In this document: one piece after another, positions 58,823 to 64,000 of the stretch
How the letters are laid out: the number at the start of each line of letters is the position of its first letter
Numbering within the stretch: position 1 is the stretch's first letter
DNA from: a virus
Reading direction: 5' to 3' (one strand)
Length of the DNA stretch: 64,000 nucleotides
IMG/VR virus record: IMGVR_UViG_3300046003_004989
Span: 80,481 to 144,480 of that record
Position numbers and translations under genes: made by a program
Notes under the pieces: generated by a model
The model's input: the letters and a program-made list of their open reading frames with translations, nothing else
Databases searched by the model: none
Told to the model about the DNA's origin: nothing

Positions 58823-59878
58823 TTAGACAGATCTGATATCCAGTGGGTTGTTTGTGAAGTATTTATCGTAGTTTTTAATTGCATCGCTTTTTCTGTTCCA
58901 ACAGTATTTAAGTAAGTCATTAAAGTCTTTAACCTTTTCTTGAACCTTATAGTCTCGGACTATTTTATTCCACATAAAGACGGATTTTCTTTTCTTTAGT
59001 AAGTATTCCATTTTCTTTCTACCTGCAACATCATTATCAAACAGATATCTTACTGTCGGTATTTCGTCGAACATATCTACAGGTTTATCTACTCCAGAAA
59101 TTGCAATTGAATTTTTGCAAAGTAGAGAATCGATAGGTCCTTCAAATACGGTAACAGATTGCATGAAGTCGACAGATGCTATATTGAAATATATGCTTAA
59201 AGTATTCATTCGAATTATTTCATCTTCAGAAGCTTCAATTTTTCTTTCTGAAACGAGGTAGTTAATTTTCTCGATATTATAGCTGACATATTTAGTTCTT
59301 CCTGGTTTGAAATTACGTATTTGCCAACCGAAAGTACTTTGCTTATCTGGTGATAGATTGAAAATATAAAGCTGTTCTTCTTTAGGGTCGAACATGAAAT
59401 ATTCGAGATTATGATGCATAAAGCGACCTTTCAAATACCTTTCAATTCTCATATTCTCTTTTGCCGTTACGAGGTTAAATTTTTTCTTAACTACGTCTAG
59501 AGGAATTGAGTATTCTTTTAGATTTTCAAATACGGTCAATTGCATATAGTCTTTGGATGCAACTACTACTTGATTTTGACGGATATAATCTAGATAGTAG
59601 ATTAGATCATCAGTATTAGAAATTGATTGATTGTGGTCTTTAAAGAATTCAACTAGGTTTGAATGCTTTGAACAATTATAGCAATGAAATGTGAGAGATT
59701 TGAGATAGATATTTCCACGCTTTTTATGAGGATCGTTAGAGTCACCACAATAAGGACATGCAAAATTCAACCTATCTCGATGAGGCTTCATTGCAGTCTT
59801 AGGTCCTGTAAATGTATCGTATAAAACTCTTTGTACTTTTTGAGTGATTTCTCCTATTTTCTGTTGTGTTAATTCCAT
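58823..59878 (-). CDS. gp61: DNA primase
   Basis: NFACPYCGDS..KKRG..FHCYNC zinc finger, FEGPIDS, FDND, KDFND TOPRIM. Confidence 0.93.
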   Translation of the reverse strand: MELTQQKIGEITQKVQRVLYDTFTGPKTAMKPHRDRLNFACPYCGDSNDPHKKRGNIYLKSLTFHCYNCSKHSNLVEFFKDHNQSISNTDDLIYYLDYIRQNQVVVASKDYMQLTVFENLKEYSIPLDVVKKKFNLVTAKENMRIERYLKGRFMHHNLEYFMFDPKEEQLYIFNLSPDKQSTFGWQIRNFKPGRTKYVSYNIEKINYLVSERKIEASEDEIIRMNTLSIYFNIASVDFMQSVTVFEGPIDSLLCKNSIAISGVDKPVDMFDEIPTVRYLFDNDVAGRKKMEYLLKKRKSVFMWNKIVRDYKVQEKVKDFNDLLKYCWNRKSDAIKNYDKYFTNNPLDIRSV

Positions 59879-59890
59879 CTTTCTTTAAAA

Positions 59891-59927
59891 TAAAAAAGGC
59901 ACCCTCTTATGGAAAGAGAATGCCTTT
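59891..59927 (-). terminator. Probable terminator after gp32
   Basis: AAAGGCATTCTCT...AGAGGGTGCCTTTTTT. Confidence 0.65.
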
Positions 59928-59942
59928 TGGTTATGAAATTTA

Positions 59943-60893
59943 TTACTTGATATCGAATTCTTTCAACCAGTCTTCAATTTCAGCATCTGATCCATTAGCA
60001 GCATCTGTGCTAGCAGTATCAATATTTGCCGATGGAGCAGGTTGAGAAGCTGTTTCGGTAGGAGTATAAGTTTGAGCTGGAGTAGCTGGTTTGCTTGGTG
60101 CAGTTACAGCATTATAAGCTGATCCTGGATTTCCAGTCAATTCAGATAAGAATTTGTGAACTCTGTCTCTTTGTTCATCAGACCAAGGTTTGAAGTCAAA
60201 TGTTTCCAATTCAGTAAGACCTTCATTGTAAAGGCTTAAGATTAAGTTACGAGATTCAGCGTTGTTATCCATTTTAACTCCTTTAACAGAGATTGGAGAA
60301 TTTGCTGGAGCGAATTTACATTCGTCATAATTCCAGTAACCACCTTTAAGTGTTACTTTAATTGAGAAGTCTTTACCATTGAAGAAGTCAAAGATATTTG
60401 TAGGTTCAGCACCCATTTCGATTTCTTCTGCAGATGGTTGGATTTGTGCATCGATTAATTTCTTAACCGCTTTAGGGAAACGTAGAATTTGAATTGTTCC
60501 TTCCATTTCTGGACGTTGTGGGTCTTTCACGATTTCAACATATGAGTAGTAGTACTCTTTACGTTTAATGTGTTCAGCTTGTTTCTTATCGAATGCAGAT
60601 TCAGATTTGAAAAGCTTCCAGAATGTGTCTTGAATTACGGATTTTTCATTGATTGATGAGGGACAATCAACATAGAAACCTTCACCTTCGTTTAATTCTA
60701 ACCAATATGAGAATTTCTTAACGATAGATTTTTTAGGATTCTTGATGTTCGGTACGAAACGAACGATTGCTCTGTAGACAGAGTCTTTAGAAAGCTTCGG
60801 GTCAGTTTTATATTCTGAACTTTTTGCTACTTGTTTTTCTTCTGGTTTGAAGTCGTCTAATGACGTGTTGAAGATGTCGAAATTGTTTTCCAT
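59943..60893 (-). CDS. gp32: Single-stranded DNA-binding protein
   Basis: AIVRFVP, DCPSSI, IKRK..YYS...VKDP.RPE.EG.I, FD...GKDF..K, NYD..KF; acidic tail. Confidence 0.92.
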   Translation of the reverse strand: MENNFDIFNTSLDDFKPEEKQVAKSSEYKTDPKLSKDSVYRAIVRFVPNIKNPKKSIVKKFSYWLELNEGEGFYVDCPSSINEKSVIQDTFWKLFKSESAFDKKQAEHIKRKEYYYSYVEIVKDPQRPEMEGTIQILRFPKAVKKLIDAQIQPSAEEIEMGAEPTNIFDFFNGKDFSIKVTLKGGYWNYDECKFAPANSPISVKGVKMDNNAESRNLILSLYNEGLTELETFDFKPWSDEQRDRVHKFLSELTGNPGSAYNAVTAPSKPATPAQTYTPTETASQPAPSANIDTASTDAANGSDAEIEDWLKEFDIK

Positions 60894-61058
60894 TTTTACT
60901 TACTTTTATTTACGTTGTTTATTTATTATGCGCCTAGTTCTGATTAGATTCACTTACTTTTAAACTCATTCGCGACTAAGGTTAGTTAGTAGCAAATTTA
61001 ACCTTGATAGGACTTTTACTTACTGATAGTTGTTATATGCTTTATATATCTCGATGGT

Positions 61059-62126
61059 TTACATATTTTTGAGTAAATAGTCATAAAAGTGTTGAACCCC
61101 GGCTTCTAGAAAAGGTTCACAGAAGCCGGTTTGGTTCTCACCACTCATATGAAGAGATGCACGTCCTCGTTCGAGCAATCGACAAGCTTCTTCGTCTTCT
61201 TTGGCAGTTTCGACGTAGACTTCTTCAATCGCTTCATAAAATTCAGGATGCTTTTCATAGAGTTCTTTTTTGTAGTAGTACTCGACATGATTCACACATT
61301 TATTTGGGGATATAGGATATATCGTACTAATCGCCATCGTATGTGGGTACCACTCAATCATTATGTTTGGGTAAAGGTAGATCCATATTGCGCCATATCG
61401 TGGTAACTCATCTCCAAAGACAGATTTAATCTGTTCCTGCCATTCTTTGTAAATTTCCGAACCGTATATGTCAAGGTTCGAGCCTATTCCAACTTTTTGA
61501 ACTGAATAATCATCACCAAAATGCCACTCCAGATCGGTAGGCGTAACAAAGTTTCGCAAACCTGGATGCATTGAGAATACGTGGTAATTTTCTAGATATA
61601 TTTCTGAAAAGGTTTTCCAATTGTAATTGTATTCTGTAGTTTCTACTTTATGAAATTTGTACTCGTCAAAATTGATATATTGATCGATATCACATGATTT
61701 CAAATCCAATGAAGGAGTTTTACCTTCAAAGAGTAGACCGTTCCAATTTGTTAATTTTCTAGTCTCTAATTTAGAGTCTGGTTTTTCTTTAAAATGAGGA
61801 GCAGTTTTAATATTACCGTCTAATTGATAAGTCCAGCAATGAACTCTACACGATATCAATTTTTTCTTACCACTTCCCTCTGCTAATAAAGATTGTCTAT
61901 GAAGACAAACATTTGAAAGGAGTTTATGTTCGCCACCGTCATTAACTAGCAACCATCGATCGTTAGTATGTGGTAGTGAGATATATTTGTTAGGTTCATC
62001 AGCCATGAGTTGATGTCCTCTATATTTCAAATCAAATCGGAAAATCGTATCTAGCTCAGCTTGTTGTATTTCTGAATCGATATAATTTTTAATAGGCAAA
62101 ACATTCATATACTTAAACTTCACCAA
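61059..62126 (-). CDS. Rieske non-heme iron oxygenase alpha subunit (putrescine-hydroxylase-like)
   Basis: C-x-H...C-x-x-H Rieske ligands (CLHR...CRVH.WTY), NWK...YLENYHV..MHP mononuclear Fe site, AKED. Confidence 0.9.
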   Translation of the reverse strand: MVKFKYMNVLPIKNYIDSEIQQAELDTIFRFDLKYRGHQLMADEPNKYISLPHTNDRWLLVNDGGEHKLLSNVCLHRQSLLAEGSGKKKLISCRVHCWTYQLDGNIKTAPHFKEKPDSKLETRKLTNWNGLLFEGKTPSLDLKSCDIDQYINFDEYKFHKVETTEYNYNWKTFSEIYLENYHVFSMHPGLRNFVTPTDLEWHFGDDYSVQKVGIGSNLDIYGSEIYKEWQEQIKSVFGDELPRYGAIWIYLYPNIMIEWYPHTMAISTIYPISPNKCVNHVEYYYKKELYEKHPEFYEAIEEVYVETAKEDEEACRLLERGRASLHMSGENQTGFCEPFLEAGVQHFYDYLLKNM

Positions 62127-62463
62127 AGGAATCTATCTTAGAATATAACTCTTCGATAGTATGTCCACATTTGGCATTTTTCTTTTTATTTTCTCTAGCT
62201 TTTAACATCTGTAGATTACAAGGATGTGCTATAAAAAATGGATTTATTTTATCTTTATATGCTTGAGATATCGAATAAATATGATCGAGATGATTAGCTT
62301 TCCAACTTCTCTTCAGACCTTTTGGATTTATTTGCTTCTTAAAAAGATCATAGTTCTTTTCAGTCAAAGCTCTAACAAATATAAAATAATCTTCTTTAGT
62401 CTCAAATAACCATTCCCAATCATTTCGATAATTTTCAAATACAATTAAATTCGGATTCAACAT
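62113..62463 (-). CDS. Stand-alone HNH-like nuclease domain
   Basis: HLDHIYSI...IAHPCNLQML..REN..K. Confidence 0.65.
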   Translation of the reverse strand: MLNPNLIVFENYRNDWEWLFETKEDYFIFVRALTEKNYDLFKKQINPKGLKRSWKANHLDHIYSISQAYKDKINPFFIAHPCNLQMLKARENKKKNAKCGHTIEELYSKIDSFGEV

Positions 62464-62786
62464 TATAATTTCTCGTATGTATAGGATCCTCTTCTAATCA
62501 ATGCCCAGAATCTAGTTCCATAAGTAGATGAGTCATCTCCTTTCTTGAACAGGGCTTTAATTTTAGATCCAACTTTATTAAATAGATTTGGTTCATCTGC
62601 GAACTCTCTAAACACCTCTTTAGGTACATCAAAATATTGATATTTCGAGTCATTCCAAAATTCTACTTCTAGAACTTTAGTATCACTATCATACTCAATA
62701 GATCGCAAATGAGAAGACGAAACTGATTTGTTCCACGTCTTCTCAAAAAGCTCATTAAATTCATTGTATGTGAGGAATTGACTCAT
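62463..62786 (-). CDS. KTSC-domain protein with CTS-like leader
   Basis: VSSSHLRSIEYD....LEVEF....YQYFDVP..VF..F...S.G..F...IR..Y.YEKL. Confidence 0.85.
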   Translation of the reverse strand: MSQFLTYNEFNELFEKTWNKSVSSSHLRSIEYDSDTKVLEVEFWNDSKYQYFDVPKEVFREFADEPNLFNKVGSKIKALFKKGDDSSTYGTRFWALIRRGSYTYEKL

Positions 62787-63436
62787 TAGGTTTTTCTATT
62801 ATCTTCTATCCACTTTTTGAAAACAGGAATAGCGGCTTTCATTCCATCAGTTTGATTCGCTGAATGTTCTGCTCGATTCATCATAGTTGTAGCAATTGCC
62901 ATAGCATGTTTATGATCAGTTTTCTTCAATTTATTCATAATCGTTACAGTCTTTTCTGCTTTCTCTTTTGAACCATAACCAGTACCTTTAACTGCATCTT
63001 TAGTTCCTGGGTTAAAGAGACCATCACCTTCATCTATCAAATCTTCAGAAATAATCAAATCTAAGTCAAAACCTTCAATTTCTTCGGATTCTGATTTCTT
63101 ATTTTTATCAATCCACTCTCTGAAAATTTTCTGAGCTTCTCTCATTTCAGGTGTTTGATGTTTATGTATTTTAGCTCGTGTTTCCATCGTTGTAGCAATA
63201 GACATTGCCCATACATTTTCACCTTTACTCATCAACCAATCGAGTTTCTTTACTGTAAATTCGGCCTTTTCTTTATTAGCGTATCCAGTTCCTTTGATTG
63301 CTGACTTACCTCCTTTTGAATAAAGTCCTTCTTCAGGTGGATCGTCTTTATACTCTCTTCTTTTAACAGTATGACCAACTCTAGGTTTTTTCTCTTCTTC
63401 GTTTAAGAAGTCTTCGTAAGATATTAAATTTCTCAT
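62786..63436 (-). CDS. Protein with CTS-like leader and two tandem ~70-aa domains
   Basis: Likely start MRNLISYEDFLNEE (ATGA overlap); repeat (S/D)A(I/V)KGTGY..KEKAE.TV...AM.IATTM..RA..H..QT..M..A...F..WI. Confidence 0.75.
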   Translation of the reverse strand: MRNLISYEDFLNEEEKKPRVGHTVKRREYKDDPPEEGLYSKGGKSAIKGTGYANKEKAEFTVKKLDWLMSKGENVWAMSIATTMETRAKIHKHQTPEMREAQKIFREWIDKNKKSESEEIEGFDLDLIISEDLIDEGDGLFNPGTKDAVKGTGYGSKEKAEKTVTIMNKLKKTDHKHAMAIATTMMNRAEHSANQTDGMKAAIPVFKKWIEDNRKT

Positions 63437-63798
63437 TTTGGATCTGGTTTTTCGCCTTTTCCTTCTAACCAATCTGCTACATCTTTATCGGATGTGGAAT
63501 AAGCTTTTTGTTTGTTTATAAATGCGTTCATTCTAGCATAACCCCAAGCATTGTATGCTGCTGGTCTTCCTAGAGCTTTTATTTGAGGTCTTAAAGCACC
63601 CCAATTAGTTTGTGCAGCTCCATATCCTCGTTTAAAGAGAACCATTAGAGCATGTTTGAGTTTTCCTTCGTCAGAGATGCCAAGTTTCTTTTGGGTCTCA
63701 GGATCTTTAGAAAGATCTTCAACTCTAGTTTCAGGTCCACTCTCTTCATTGATGACAGATTCATCAAGAAATTCTGTATAAGATAAGAATGTTTTCAT
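63433..63798 (-). CDS. CTS-like leader plus DUF5824-like domain
   Basis: MKTFLSYTEFLDES; L...FKRG.GA...AWGYARMNAF...SDKD. Confidence 0.65.
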   Translation of the reverse strand: MKTFLSYTEFLDESVINEESGPETRVEDLSKDPETQKKLGISDEGKLKHALMVLFKRGYGAAQTNWGALRPQIKALGRPAAYNAWGYARMNAFINKQKAYSTSDKDVADWLEGKGEKPDPK

Positions 63799-63820
63799 AA
63801 AATATGTATCTAAAATAAAT

Positions 63821-63925
63821 TTGATTTTTGAAACACGGCTGGGCTCGAAGTCATATAACCCTTACTGGGTTTCAGGTAAAGGGAATACAGTTACTCAAGA
63901 TGAGCCAGTCGAGGACGTTCCGCCG
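63821..63925. repeat. Copy B of GC-rich long-hairpin element
   Basis: Inverted copy of 4490-4598. Confidence 0.9.
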
Positions 63926-64000
63926 AGGAGCACTTCTGCCAGAGCAATAGAATCAACAAGATCATCAACAGGCTTTGGTATAACGAATTCTCCTTCTACA
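63895..64000 (-). CDS. 3' end of a gene entering from beyond the window, possibly RuvC-like resolvase
   Basis: Manual translation ...VIPKPVDDLVDSIALAEVLLGGTSSTGSS*; DD..DS..LA resembles the last RuvC motif. Confidence 0.4.
   Translation of the reverse strand, partial: VEGEFVIPKPVDDLVDSIALAEVLLGGTSSTGSS

Noticed and set aside
2548-62409. Numerous short plus-strand ORFs in the track (e.g. 2548-2775, 11504-11917, 14799-15245, 29546-29920)
   Set aside because: Antisense shadows of well-supported minus-strand genes, with Ser/Ile/Phe-rich composition and no motifs; only 15929-16390 is credible
63437-63472. Longer ORF-track starts (62786-63472, 30675-31205, 58615-58920, 8687-9025)
   Set aside because: They overlap upstream genes; downstream starts give tight gene junctions and, for two of them, place the conserved leader at the N-terminus
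63852-63891. Resemblance of TCAGGTAAAGGGAATACAG to SRP RNA helix 8, or of the element to a tRNA, ribozyme or CRISPR repeat
   Set aside because: No GNRA-capped SRP stem, no cloverleaf or T-loop, no hammerhead/HDV core, and only two distant copies without spacers
1-64000. Alternative genetic code (stop-codon reassignment), as in some Bacteroidota phages
   Set aside because: Core genes are full-length and densely packed under the standard code; the polymerase split is a physical separation, not an in-frame stop

Overview
A 64-kb segment of an AT-rich, T4-superfamily (myovirus-like, probably jumbo) phage genome, almost entirely coded on the minus strand. It holds the head/packaging core (tail sheath start, terminase, gp14/gp15-like neck and tail-completion proteins, portal, protease-scaffold fusion, major capsid, gp2, gp4) and the late sigma factor gp55. 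It also holds the replication/recombination core (gp32, gp61, UvsW/X/Y, gp41, gp44/45/62, gp46/47, RNase H, and a DNA polymerase B split into two distant genes), plus nrdAB, dUTPase and Fpg. TAnnTTTG-type promoters and A-rich leaders without Shine-Dalgarno suggest a Bacteroidota host. The notable observations are: (1) about 18 unrelated proteins share a T4-CTS-like N-terminal leader (M-K-x-h-x-[ST]-[FY]-x-[ED]-[FYW]-h-N-E), implying a large set of capsid-loaded cargo that includes a RimK ligase fused to a RimB-like protease; (2) a non-coding, GC-rich long hairpin element with a 40-bp identical core is present twice in inverted orientation about 59 kb apart; (3) a Rieske oxygenase resembling betaproteobacterial putrescine hydroxylases co-occurs with a SAM decarboxylase, suggesting phage polyamine tailoring; (4) three distinct promoter classes are visible, and the early class has hairpin spacers. 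All homology calls come from motif recognition by eye; no database searches were run.
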